From NCBI RefSeq assembly GCF_009914755.1, contig NC_060926.1: DNA of 64,000 nt. One strand, written 5' to 3'. This document shows positions 42,420-58,458 of this stretch, piece after piece. The stretch comes from the human T2T-CHM13v2.0 reference genome, Homo sapiens. Position numbers and translations under genes: made by a program. Under the pieces are notes generated by a model. The model was not told the origin of the DNA. It did no database searches and saw nothing but the letters and a program-made list of their open reading frames with translations. Positions within the stretch are counted from its first letter, which is position 1. The number at the start of each line of letters is the position of its first letter.

Positions 42420-43639
42420 TTTTGATATTTTACATAAAAGCAATTTATTAACTATACATTAAATATGTTCTTAATACTTGAGGTGTAGCATCACGATTCT
42501 GAGAAAATGCTTATCACAACTGAATGACAGAATCCATAAACAGAGCCAAACTGAGTCTTAAGACAAGAAATGCCCTTCCAAAAATGTAACCTTACACCTT
42601 CTCTAGGGGAGAAGAGTTCCTGGTGAATAAAAACACAGGGTCCATTCTGTGATATGAAACAGGACTTTGCAAAGTGTTTTCACGGATAGCTCATTTCTAG
42701 TTTTTAAAGCTGCCCCTTGTTTGGAAACAACAGCCACTTCTTGCAGAAAGAAGACACATGTGACTGTGTTTATATCTCTGAAGACAGAGGCAGGATTAAG
42801 GTAGTCTGCAAAATCTGACTTTTTACAGGAAGAATAACTCTTATAAATACACAAAATAGGAAAACAAGGGGAGAGGTTGCATGACGTGCCCCAAATTTGC
42901 GATTTGACTTGCTGTATATTAGTATCTTTGTTAGGAGCAAAGATGGATAAGCCGTAATTCCTGCTTCTAATGTGTTCACTGTAGCAGGGGACAGGAGGTG
43001 TATATACCAACCGTTCTAATAGGAGTTGGAAAGGGACAAGTGTTACAAGGAAGAAAACACGGGCACTGCCGAGAAGGACATTACCTTCTGCCGGAAAGGC
43101 CACTTAGAGGAAGCATTTCAGCCAGTGTTGAAGGACCCAAAAGCTTTGCAATAGCAGAGATGTGTGGTCAGGTGTTGAAGGCAGACAAAATGTGTGAGCA
43201 AAAATCTGCCAAGAAGGGTAATAGAGTCCAGGTCGTGGGAGGACAGTACAGTGAGATGAAGAGGGAGTGACAAATTGATCAATACATCTCAGGTTAGCGA
43301 ACCTGGACATCATTTAGCAAGCAGTGGGGGAAGGGTAAACCTGAAAGTTATTAAGGTTGGGAGTCGGGGGTGGGGCATGATCGGAGACGCTAATACGGAG
43401 GTCTTGAGTAGAATTGGGAGAGACGGGAGATACAGGGAGGACAAGAGGAATGCAGGGGACTGAGAAGGCAGACGAGACCTTCCACAGTGTGCAGGAAATG
43501 GTCAGGCCCCCTGTGCAGGAGGAAGAGGACTGTTGATGGAAACCTGTGGCCACAGAGGCTTCTGGCATCTCACAAAGCCTTTGGTGTCAGTCTGGCAAAA
43601 CACTCTGGCCGGGAACAAGGGATGCTGGGTGAGTGAGAG

Positions 43640-43810
43640 CAGTGCCCCTCAAACCTTAATGTATGCACAAACCACTTGAGGATTTTGTAAAAATGTGGAT
43701 TCTGCATCTGTAGGTCTGGGTGGGGCCTGAGAGAGTGTACACATTTTCAACAACTTCCAGGTGAAGCTCATGCTGCCGGTCCAGGGACCACCCTTTGAGT
43801 AGCAAGGAGC
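43640..43810. mobile_element. MER5A hAT MITE
   Basis: GTAGGTCTGGGTGGGGCCTGAGA...TGCTGCCGGTCCAGGGACCACCCTTTGAGTAGCAAGG. Confidence 0.75.
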
Positions 43811-45343
43811 TAGAACTACTCACATTTGCTAATTTTAGGCAGTGATTTATAACAGTTGGAAGATCTGTGAGACAGTGACCCAATTGCGTCTAAGTGTTCT
43901 TATTTCTTTAAATCTCACTCTAAATGTAGCAGGAAGCTGGCACATGATTAAACTTGCATTTGTTTCTTAGATTCTAATTTGACTCATGGAAACTGCGGTC
44001 CTCTCCCCAGGAGGGTGTGTGTGGACAGCCTTTCTGGGTGTAGAAGTTGTAAGCAACCCCTCAGGACAATCTGCTTCCCCATGTATGGGGGAGTGGGAGG
44101 ATGCCAAAAAGGGGAAAGAGTCCCAGAAGCCTCCCTTCTGTATTAGGGGGCCTATAGGAGCAGCTTCGGGACCCTGCAGAAGTCAAGGAAGGAAGAATAC
44201 TCATCCAGAAGTGATGGATCCTCGAGCCCATCCTGACTCAGTGTTTGGAGTCAGTTTGCAGCCTGGAAGAGGCTGGGGATTACCTCGAGGTAATAGTCTA
44301 TGGTGGGAGGCTGATGACCAAAATGGCAGCAGGAAAGCAGGAATGTCACGTTTGGGGCGGGCACTTGCAGGCTGATGGCATCTAGAGCTGCTCTTCACAG
44401 CTCCAAAAAGTCCTGCCAGCTTGTTCCCTGTTACTCTATGGGGCCCTTTATTTCTGGGAGACCAGCTGTATCTTCACATCAGCCCTCCTGGAGCAGAGGC
44501 CCCTGGCCTTTGTGTGAGTCAAGAGGGCTGGCTTTGAGCTTCTCTTGGAGCTGGATAAGGGGTGTGCATGCCCGTGAATGTATTTTGAGTTGTCTACTTA
44601 TAGGATAACCGTTTGTTCCTCTTCATCATCTTAGGCCATATTTCTCTTAATGATCTACTTGGACCATTTTGGGGTCATCCTATTTTCCTCTCCTGGGATG
44701 GCCATGCCAGGCTGCTTATTTGCATAATGTGGCCCTGGCCCCTTCTAACCTCACTTCTGAGGTCAGATTTCCAGCTCGACCCAGTAAGCCTGGAGGACCA
44801 GGCACTGCCCTGGACAGTGAGGCTCAAGGCTCCCGTGCAGAACCCATGCCCAAGCAATCATCAATTATTCTAATAATTAGAGGTGTGGTGTAACATGTGG
44901 GGGCTCTGGACTTAAACAGCAAGGGTTCAAATCCTGGCTCTGCCAAATAGTTACATGGCCTGCTTCTCAAGGACCTGCACTTTGGGGCCAGCCTAACCGG
45001 GATCTCTATTCTGAATCCTCGCCTTCTCCTTGTGAGACCTTGGGCAGGTCACACGATCACTCTTGAGCATAGGTTTCCTCGGCCATAAAGCAGAGATGAT
45101 GACACTCTCTCCCTCATAGGGTTGTGGTAAGAATTGAGTTATGGAATGGGTGGGAAGCATCTCAAACTGTGTGTGGCGCAGGGGAAGCACCCAATAAATA
45201 GTAGCTATTACCATGAAATGATACTTAGTTAATAAGTAAGGAGTTGTAGTTGTGGGTTTTATTAGAAACAAAGTAGGTACGTCTGCTTCTTAGTCCCCAT
45301 CCCTCTGGGAAGCCAGACCACGAGCTCGTAAATGCTTAGCATG

Positions 45344-45362
45344 GCGTCCACCTGGTGGCCGC
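45344..45362. promoter_or_regulatory. CTCF-like site
   Basis: GCGTCCACCTGGTGGCCGC; the minus strand reads GGCCACCAGGTGGACGC, one mismatch from the CCASYAGRKGGC core; nearby CpGs are retained. Confidence 0.45.
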
Positions 45363-47368
45363 ATCCCCAAATCTCTCATCAAAAACCTGGAGGAAATGAA
45401 AAGGCTTGTAATTTATAAATCAAGGCTTCTCATGGGGGCCAGGGGAGGAGAGGGGAGGGCAAGCACACACTCTGGGGCCTTGGTAGGGGCCTCACAGGCA
45501 GCTCGAAAACAAAGCGGCACTTTGTCCTGGGGCCCGGCTTTGCTTTTTGTCATAATATTTAATTAATTTTGAAATTTCACATAACATTAAAGTGTGAGAT
45601 ATTTACAGCTGCTAAAGAAGGGAACATAGGTTAAAAAGGTTGAGAAATCATCTATAACCTATAAAACACAGCAAAGCCCCCAGGAATGTGATAGGTACAG
45701 GGAGGCATTGGGCTCAGCACGTTCTGCCCCCTCTGCCCAGTGCCCACCTATCCCCAGGGTGGCAGGGGGTGGTGGAGCCCACGCAGTCCAGCAAGCTGCC
45801 TAATTGGAAAAAGCTGGCACTTCTGTGTTCTGGTCATTTCCTTTTGCTTTGTAATGCAAATGAGTGAAACTTGAAAAAATGTTCTTTAAAAACCGTTTGA
45901 AACATGATGCCCAGTCATCCTTGGGTTTTCATTATTCTTCCACTTATGCCTTAGGATGTGGGGCATACATCCTTTATTCACCCTGAGAAGCCCATTTGCC
46001 ACCCTGGCTAAATACAACCCCTTCATAACTCTTTTATTCACTCTTTTAATTTTTTTATACCACAGGCTTAATAAAATTTAAAAAGTCAATAAAAGTGAAA
46101 AAATATACTTGCAGGAGAATGCACAAGTATATGGCTTTTTGAATTGTTGCAACGTGAATTTGACCAATCACAAAACAGAATTACCACCGCCACCCCCCCA
46201 GAGGGTGAGCACAGTCCTGGCTTAGAATGGCACAGAATCGCTTTGCTTGATTTTGAGCTTTATGTTGTAAATGGAATCTCACAGGATGTACTGTGTTGTA
46301 CAGGATGTATGATGTTAGGGACACACATCATCCATGTTGCTGGGTGTTGTTATAGACCCTTCATTCTTGTTGTATAGTGTCCATGGTGTGGTCCTCCATG
46401 GTTGGATATGTACCCAGTGGAGGTGCGCATGTGTCCCCTGACAGGATCGGTCCCAGGGATTGGCATGTGGCCTAGGTGGGCCCACTGGGATTTCCCAAAT
46501 TGGAAGGGAAATTGGATAGGTATCTCTCCTCCTCATGAGAAAGGGTATATCATAGCAGATTGGAGTCAGGCCATCTGTGTCCAATCCTGGCTGTGTCACT
46601 TACTAGGTAGTGGGATCTGGTATGAGTTATTACACCTCTCTGTTTCCTGTGTTAATTTCCTCTTCTGTAAAAGGAGATAATAACAGCATCTACTCCATAG
46701 GGTGATTTCAAAGATTAAATGAGTGCGTAGAACTGTGCCAGGCACGAATTAAGTGCTGATAAGTGGACTTTTATTCCTGGATGGTGAACTGTGAAGGTGT
46801 GAGGCTGGGCTGTGGTGGTCACTGAGCTGCTTGCAGTAAGAACGTTGATTTCCCTGAGGTTCCCTCTGCACCCTGTTGTCTGTCATGCCTCTAAGCCTTT
46901 GCACATGCTCTTCCCTCTGCCCAGCTTATCAGCTTCCCTTTTATTCCCACAGAAAATTTCCATTCCTCTTTCCTGTCTCAGCTCAAAGGGATGGACCAGT
47001 CCTGCAGGCATCCTTCCCACATTCTCCCAAGCAAATGCTATCCCCATCCCTGCTTTCATTGTTGTGCCACAGCAGTTCTCAAAGTATGATCTACAAACCC
47101 CTTTTAAAATAAAATTTTAAATAAAAATTTAAAAATTAATAAAAGTAAAAAATATACTGCAGAGAAGTGAACAAGTGTATGGCTTTTTGAATTGTTGCAA
47201 AGTGAATTCAACCAATCACAAAGCAGAACATTACCACTACCACCCCTGGGAGGGTGAGCACAACCCTAAGAGGTGATTTGCCTTGTTCACTGTGTTGACA
47301 TTTGCACTGATGATGCAAAACCATTGCTGAATGAATGTAACGGCATTTGCATAAATCAAGTGGCACCT

Positions 47369-48182
<814 letters not shown>

Positions 48183-48759
48183 AATGGCACCAAACTGTAC
48201 TACTAGTCATTGGACTTTCATCATCATGTACTCATTGTAAAGAAAGGAAAAAGAAAAGCCAGTTTCGTTTAAGAATGTCTTTGATGAGGCAGTAAAAATT
48301 GTTAAATTTTGACCCTTGAGTGCATGTACATGTATTTTTAAATATTCTGTGTAATGGAATAGGAATTATGCATGAAACATTTCCGTATACTGAAGTAGGA
48401 TGGATGTCTCAGGTAAAAACACCTGTGTGAATGAGTTACAAGCTGAATTAGCTGCCTTTTCTGTGGGACACCATTTTTACTTGAAGGAAGAAGTGACAGA
48501 CTATAGTTATTCAGACTTGGATATCTAGCAGAGATTTCCTCAAAAATGAATAAAGAGAGCCTGTCACATCAAGAAAAATAATTGTCAGTACTTGGTGCCA
48601 AAGATCAAAGTAGAACTTTCAAATACCAATTAAAATTTTAGAAAATATATAAATGCCACCATGAGTTTAAAAGTGTCCTGTACTTAAAAACTTTTCTGGT
48701 GAGATACATGGAGATATTCATGAATGGGACCGAGCCAGAATCTTACCTTGCACTCTTTA

Positions 48760-50430
<1,671 letters not shown>

Positions 50431-50848
50431 CCAGTTTTGTTCCACTCTTTGTACATACCTTCCCCTCTCCAGGTTGTGGCAGTCCTCCTCCTAATACCAA
50501 TGCCATACCATCCACGATCTTCCTCCCCTCTAGTTACTATTCTGCACTTCACCCCTCAGACATACTGTGCCACTGTGATTGACAGAAGAATTAACCTGGG
50601 GAGGAGCTGGGCTGACTTCCAGGGGAGCAGCCCCTGGACCTTAGCCTTGGGAGGATGACACCTGCTGTTTGGTCAGCCCCTTTGCTTGGGGGTCCAGGAG
50701 GGATTTTAATTCCAGTAGTGGGAGGTTAAAGCCAGCCCATGGGAAGAGGCTAGTGCCTTGGAGGCTGACAGGAGAGAATGGTGGGGACAGGCTCCCGTTA
50801 CAAGCCCTTGTACTCACATCCTTGCTTCTGCCTAGAAGTCCATGTTGG

Positions 50849-51302
<454 letters not shown>

Positions 51303-51742
51303 TCACATCTTTAGTCTACAGGGAAAAAGACTCTCTTAACCTTCAGTAATCATAGAAAAGCCTTGATATTAAGTATTTATTGGTAACTAATATTATTCTT
51401 TGGCAATTATTGTGAAATACCTTTTAAAATCCCTTTTGAAGATTATTTTTCTTAAGACATCAGGATCTCTGATGTATTATTCCTTTTTTGTTTTAAACTT
51501 TTTAACATATTATTTTGAAATCTGACACTCAAAAGAAGGTGTGAAAATAGTACAGTGAGTAATTTCCTTTATGTTTGTCACCGAACTTTCCCCAGTGATA
51601 ATGTCTTACATGATCATAGCACATTATCCAAACCAGGAAACTGGCATTAGTACAATACTATTAACTAAACTATAGACCTTATTTGTTCTATTGCCACAAA
51701 GAAACTCTCTTGTGCTACCCCTTTGTAGATGTGTTCCATTAG

Positions 51743-52087
<345 letters not shown>

Positions 52088-52409
52088 TAAAATACTGTTT
52101 TTCCTTATTTGAGTGAAAGTTATACTTTATATAAAGTATATGTGATTAGAATCAATGGAGTCTAGTGTAGTGCCATGCATGTAGCAAATTGTGTGGAATT
52201 TAAGGCTGAAGAACTAGAGAGGCCTTCTGCAAATATTGACTTGACAGCCCAGGGGCTGTGTGATTTTAGGCAAGGAATGCAACCTCTCTGAGCTTCAGTT
52301 TTATCTGTAAAACACAGTTAATGACTCCCACTTTGTAGAGATGCTGAGCAGATTAGATATGAAGCATATGAAGATCCTGGGACGTCCCAGGTTTCCTGTT
52401 CATGTTCAA

Positions 52410-52830
52410 TGTCTTAAGTCAGTTTGCCCAGGAAGCCGACTCTGAGATGGAGAAGTGTATGCAGGTCATTTGTTTGGAAAGTGCTTGCAGGATCAACACC
52501 TGTGAGCTGGGAGGTACACAGGATTTGACAGAGGGAGAAGTTGAACTATGATGCAGTTGCCATACAAGGCCTCTGAAGATGCTCCAGGGAGCTGGGATGG
52601 CCCTCCAAAATTGTCCAGGCCTCTGTACCCCGGCACCAACCAGCTGTTGTATTGTGGGCTGCTCTTGGGGAGGGACGAAATCTTGAGCAGGTCAGCTCCC
52701 TTCAGCTGAGCGCAAGACCTGAAGACACAGAACTGTGAGCCTTCGGCATCTAATGCTCCCGGCAGCTGGAGGCTGGGCGCCTTAGTACTGAACAGGAATC
52801 TGGGAGCGAGTCACAGCTGCTACTGCAGTC
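52410..52830 (-). mobile_element. Old ERVL-class LTR (LTR16/LTR33-like)
   Basis: TGTCTTAAGTCAG...GACTCTGAGATGGAGA...GAAGTTGAACTATGATGCAGTTGC pattern. Confidence 0.5.
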
Positions 52831-53756
52831 ATTATTACCATGATGGCTTTGAGGAAGGAGGACTCAAATGGGGAGACAATTGATCATAGATTTTTCATCC
52901 TCCCCACATGTTAGCCATGTTAAACCCAGGCAACTGAATGGCTTGATAACTCCACAAAAAGCTGTTTCTTTTTCTGTTTTAGGGCATTAGAAGGGATCTA
53001 TTTACATCTTTAGGAAGAGCTATTTTAGAGGAGGGGGAAAAAAAAGCAATGGGTCTCACTCTTCTTTATAGCTGCTGATGGGAATTTCCTAAATTTCTCT
53101 TTGCCAGCTCTATAAAAGAACCCCATCGTGTGCAATCCTCCCCTATATAAGGACTGCCTAGAAATGAGTTCTGAAATCAGACTTTTAATGACTTTTCAAG
53201 AAATCCCTTCTCAGACTGCCAAGGACGAGTTGGTATCAGAAATATGCAGTAATTGTGTTTATTTAGTAATAGTTGGACGTCTACCAGAAGGCTCTGAGCT
53301 AAGGCCACTGGGGGATACCAAAGAAGAGAGGCTAATCCTCCAACCAGAAGGTTCCATTTTGTGCCTTCTCTCAATACATGGCCAATTTGTGATAGAGTAA
53401 ATAAGGGAATTTTGAAAGCACCAAATTGAGTACTTAGTAGATGTATCATACCTATGGACTGATTATGATCCTTATGGTTCATATTTAAATTTGATTTGGT
53501 GTAATCTATAAACATCATGATGTCATGATCCCTTTTCTAAGGGAAAGATCTTACATGCTAGAGTAAAGCACATCTCTTCTGTGCAACATCATGAGTTTTG
53601 GAATGGAATAAGTTTTCATGAGTTTTCCTGATTTGTTAGTCTCTCTGGAGCAAATTCCTTTAGCCAGTTATTCAAGCAACTATGTGCCTTTATTTGTTTA
53701 TAAGATACAGTCCACAGCACATACTAATAGTGAAATGATAACATCCAAGAATTTTC

Positions 53757-54043
53757 AGCCGGCCACAGTGGCTCATGCCTGTAATTCCAGCACTTTGGGA
53801 GGCTGCAACGGAAGGATCATTTGACCAGGAGTTTGAAACCAGCCTGGGCAACATAGCGAAACCTCGTCTCTACAAAAAATTTAAAAAGTAGCTGGGCATT
53901 GGGGCACACACCTACAGTCCCAGCTACTTGGGAGACTGAGGCAGGAGGATCATTTGAGCCCAGGAGTTTGAGGCTGTACTCAGCTATGATCATACAACTG
54001 CACAGTAGCCTAGGTGACAGAGCAAGACCCTGTTTCTAAGAAA
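53757..54043 (+). mobile_element. AluJ
   Basis: Dimer with a J-type right arm. Confidence 0.85.
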
Positions 54044-55431
54044 AGGGGAGGGGGTGCATTTTTCTGCCAGAAGGGTTGATAAACACTTTTTGTCTTTCTC
54101 TAACATTCATGCTGGGTATTATAGGGTAGATGTCTTCATTAGCACATAGTGTCGTATCTGTGACAAAGGTATAAGACCTCATGCTGCAGGTCACTGTCTA
54201 CATCTCTCCCTCTGTCTGCCTCTCTCTCTGTTTCTCAGCCAGAGGAGAGCCCCTGCAAGATGGAGGAAGGTGACATTACCCTGGGGGGACTTAAGTGGCA
54301 CATGTCACCACTTACTTCCTCACTCAAGGAAAAGTCTGGGGAGCAGGAGCAAGATCTGTTGTCCCTTTGTAACCCCACAGGGACTTGCACAAATAGAGTT
54401 GGTGATTAATAACTGTTGGAGGCTGAACAGACTTTTCTGTGACCCCTTATTAGCAGTGCCAGGATGCGAAGATTGCTCATCAGCCATGGTGAGCACCACA
54501 AATTAGTCATGTTTGGAGGCAGCAGGTTTCTGATGGTTACATCAGAGATCTGGGCTCATTCCTAGAAACATCACTGGGCAATTTTCCTTTTTAAATCAGA
54601 ATCGATGGTGAACTTATCTACTGGATCAGTTAAAATGTCCTGGTCTGAGAGTCAGACAAGGCCTGAGTTTAGAGGCTTGTGAAGCCACATGACCTTAGAT
54701 AAGTGGCCAAACCACCTAAAGGTACACTTTTCTCATCAGTTAAGTTGGTTGATACTAACGTTACTGCCCTCATAGGCTTGTTTTGTGAGTCAGATGAGCT
54801 AATACCTGCAAAGTGCTGGGCTCACAACAAATGCTTGATAAATGTTGGCTATTATTATCATTATTAGGGTAACCATATGTTTTCTAAATCAAGATACTTT
54901 GACAGTTAAGGAGGGCAGAAAAATTAGAATGTTAACTTTTCTAAAAGATTTATTTCTTGACCAGTAAATTGGTTTATATTAGTGGACCTATAAAATAGTT
55001 CTATTCAAAAACTATTTTCAAAGATAAAATACTTTCAAAGAAAAAATAGCAGGAAGTCCTAGCCAGAGTAATCAGGCAAGAGAAAGGAAAAAAAGGCATC
55101 CAAATAGGAAAAGAAGAAGATAAATTATCTTTCTTCACTGACAATATGATCCTATATCTAGAAAACCCTAAAGACTCCACCAAAAGGCTCCTAGACCTGA
55201 TAAATGATTTCAATAACGTTTCAGGATACAACGATGTACAAAAATCAGCTGCACTTTCTATACACAAATAATGTTCAAGCTGAGAGCCAAATCAAGAACA
55301 CAGTCCCACAAAAAAGATAAAATACCTAGAAATACATCTAACCAAGGAAATGAAAGATCTCTACAAGGAGAACTACAAAACACTGCTGAAAGAAATCAGA
55401 GATGACACAAACAAATGTCTAAATATTCCAT

Positions 55432-58400
55432 TCTCCCTCTCCCTCTCCCTCTCCCTCTCCCTCTCCCTCTCCCTCTCCCTCTCCCTCTCCCTCTCCCTCT
55501 CCCTCTCCCTCTCCCTCTCCCTCTCCCTCTCCCTCTCCCTCTCCCTCTCCCTCTCCCTCTCCCTCTCCCTCTCCCTCTCCCTCTCCCTCTCCCTCTCCCT
55601 CTCCCTCTCCCTCTCCCTCTCCCTCTCCCTCTCCCTCTCCCTCTCCCTCTCCCTCTCCCTCTCCCTCTCCCTCTCCCTCTCCGTCCCTCCCTCTCCGTCT
55701 CCGTCTCCGTCTCCGTCTCCCTCTCCCCACGGTCTCCCTCTCATGCGGAGCCGAAGCTGGACTGTACTGCTGCCATCTCGGCTCACTGCAACCTCCCTGC
55801 CTGATTCTCCTGCCTCAGCCTGCCGAGTGCCTGCGATTGCAGGCACGCGCCGCCACGCCTGACTGGTTTTGGTGGAGACGGGGTTTCGCTGTGTTGGCCG
55901 GACCGGTCTCCAGCCCCTAACCGCGAGTGATCCGCCAACCTCGGCCTCCCGAGGTGCCGGGATTGCAGACGGAGTCTCGTTCACTCAGTGCTCAATGGTG
56001 CCCAGGCTGGAGTGCAGTGGCGTGATCTCGGCTCACTACAACCTCCACCTCCCAGCCGCCTGCCTTGGCCTCCCAAAGTGCCGAGATTGCAGCCTCTGCC
56101 CGGCCGCCACCCCGTCTGGGAAGTGAGGAGTGTCTCTGCCTGGCCGCCCATCGTCTGGGATGTGAGGAGCCCCTCTGCCCGGCCGCCCAGTCTGGGAAGT
56201 GAGGAGCGTCTCCGCCCGGCCGCCATCCCATCTAGGAAGTGAGGAGCGCCTCTTCCCAGCCGCCATCACATCTAGGAAGTGAGGAGCGTCTCTGCCCGGC
56301 CGCCCATCGTCTGAGATGTGGGGAGCGCCTCTGCCCCACCGCCCCATCTGGGATGTGAGGAGCGCCTCTGCCCGGCCGAGACCCCGTCTGGGAGGTGAGG
56401 AGCGTCTCTGCCCGGCCGCCCCGTCTGAGAAGTGAGGAGACCCTCTGCCTGGCAACCACCCCGTCTGAGAAGTGAGGAGCCCCTCCGCCCGGCAGCTGCC
56501 CCGTCTGAGAAGTGAGGAGCCTCTCCGCCCAGCAGCCACCCCATCTGGGAAGTGAGGAGCATCTCCGCCCGGCAGCCACCCCATCCGGGAGGGAGGTGAG
56601 GGGGGGTCAGCCCCCCGCCCGGCCAGCTGCCCCATCCGGGAGGGAGGTGGGGGGTCAGCCCCCCGCCCGGCCAGCCGTGCCATCCGGGAGGGAGGTGGGG
56701 GGGTCAGCCCCCTGCCCGGCCAGCCGCCCGGTCCGGGAGGTGAGGGGCGCCTCTGCCCGGCCGCCCCTACTGGGAAGTGAGGAGCCCCTCTGCCCGGCCA
56801 GCCGCCCCGTCCGGGAGGGAGGTGGGGGGGTCAGCCCTCCGCCCGGCCAGCCGCCCCGTCTGGGAGGTGAGGGGCGCCTCTGCCCGGCCGCCCCTACTGG
56901 GAAGTGAGGAGCCCCTCTGCCCGGCCAGCCGCCCCGTCCGGGAGGGAGGTGGGGGGGTCGGCCCCCCGCCCGGCCAGCCGCCCCGTCCGGGAGGGAGGTG
57001 GGGGTGTCGGCCCCCCGCCCGGCCAGCCGCCCCGTCCGGGAGGGAGGTGGGGGGGGTCAGCCCCCCTGCCCGGCCAGCCGCCCCGTCCGGGAGGTGAGGG
57101 GCGCCTCTGCCCGGCCACCCCTACTGGGAAGTGAGGAGCCCCTCTGCCCGGCCAGCCGCCCCGTCCGCGAGGGAGGTGGGGGGGTCAGCCCCCCGCCCGG
57201 CCAGCCGCCCCGTCCGGGAGGGAGGTGGGGGGGGTCAGCCCCCCTGCCCGGCCAGCCGCCCCGTCCGGGAGGGAGGTGGGGGGGGTCAGCCCCCCTGCCC
57301 GGCCAGCCGCCCCGTCCGGGAGGTGAGGGGCGCCTCTGCCCGGCCGCCCCTACTGGGAAGTGAGGAGCCCCTCTGCCCGGCCAGCTGCCCCGTCCGCGAG
57401 GGAGGTGGGGGGGTCAGCCCCCCGCCCGGCCAGCCGCCCCGTCCGGGAGGGAGGTGGGGGGGGTCAGCCCCCCTGCCCGGCCAGCCGCCCCGTCCGGGAG
57501 GTGAGGGGCGCCTCTGCCCGGCCGCCCCTACTGGGAAGTGAGGAGCCCCTCTGCCCGGCCAGCCGCCCCGTCCGCGAGGGAGGTGGGGGGGTCAGCCCCC
57601 CGCCCGGCCAGCCGCCCCGTCCGGGAGGGAGGTGGGGGGGGTCAGCCCCCCTGCCCGGCCAGCCGCCCCGTCCGGGAGGTGAGGGGCGCCTCTGCCCGGC
57701 CGCCCCTACTGGGAAGTGAGGAGCCCCTCTGCCTGGCCAGCCGCCCCGTCCGGGAGGGAGGTGGGGGGTCAGCCCCCCGACCGGCCAGCCGCCCCGTCCG
57801 GGAGGGAGGTGGGGGGGTCAGCCCCCCGCCCGGCCAGCCGCCCCGCCCAGGAAGTGAGGGGCGCTTCTGCCCGGCCGCCCCTACTGGGAAGTGAGGAGCC
57901 CCTCTGCCCGGCCACCACCCCGTCTGGGAGGTGTGCCCAACAGCTCATTGAGAACGGGCCAGGATGACAATGGCGGCTTTGTGGAATAGAAAGGCGGGAA
58001 AGGTGGGGAAAAGATTGAGAAATCGGATGGTTGCCGTGTCTGTGTAGAAAGAAGTAGACATGGGAGACTTTTCATTTTGTTCTGCACTAAGAAAAATTCC
58101 TCTGCCTTGGGATCCTGTTGATCTGTGACCTTACCCCCAACCCTGTGCTCTCTGAAACATGTGCTGTGTCCACTCAGGGTTAAATGGATTAAGGGCGGTG
58201 CAAGATGTGCTTTGTTAAACAGATGCTTGAAGGCAGCATGCTCGTTAAGAGTCATCACCAATCCCTAATCTCAAGTAATCAGGGACACAAACACTGCGGA
58301 AGGCCGCAGGGTCCTCTGCCTAGGAAAACCAGAGACCTTTGTTCACTTGTTTATCTGCTGACCTTCCCTCCACTATTGTCCCATGACCCTGCCAAATCCC

Positions 58401-58458
58401 CCTCTGTGAGAAACACCCAAGAATTATCAATAAAAAAATAAATTAAAAAAAAAAAAAA
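55432..58458 (+). mobile_element. Full-length SVA_F retrotransposon
   Basis: Hexamer head 55432-~55725; Alu-like domain with F-type TCATGCGGAGCCG and GGTTTTGGTGGAGACG; GC-rich VNTR ~56090-57935; SINE-R to AATAAA at 58429; poly(A); TSD AAATATTCCAT (55421-55431, 58459-58469). Confidence 0.95.
55435..55680 (+). repeat. (CCCTCT)41 uninterrupted hexamer
   Basis: 246 bp of perfect repeat, followed by CCGTCT variants. Confidence 0.95.

Noticed and set aside
42603-43103. 166-aa minus-strand ORF
   Set aside because: No recognisable homology or splice context, and it partly overlaps degenerate L2-like sequence; consistent with chance.
56090-57935. Repeat-spacer-like periodicity resembling a CRISPR array, or a CpG-island promoter
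   Set aside because: It is the SVA VNTR: the intervening units are themselves repeats, and the context is eukaryotic.
55350-58441. Many long ORFs (poly-SL/LP/ER/GE and MRSPSARPAAPSGREVGG repeats)
   Set aside because: These are translations of the SVA hexamer and GC-rich VNTR, which lack stop codons by composition.
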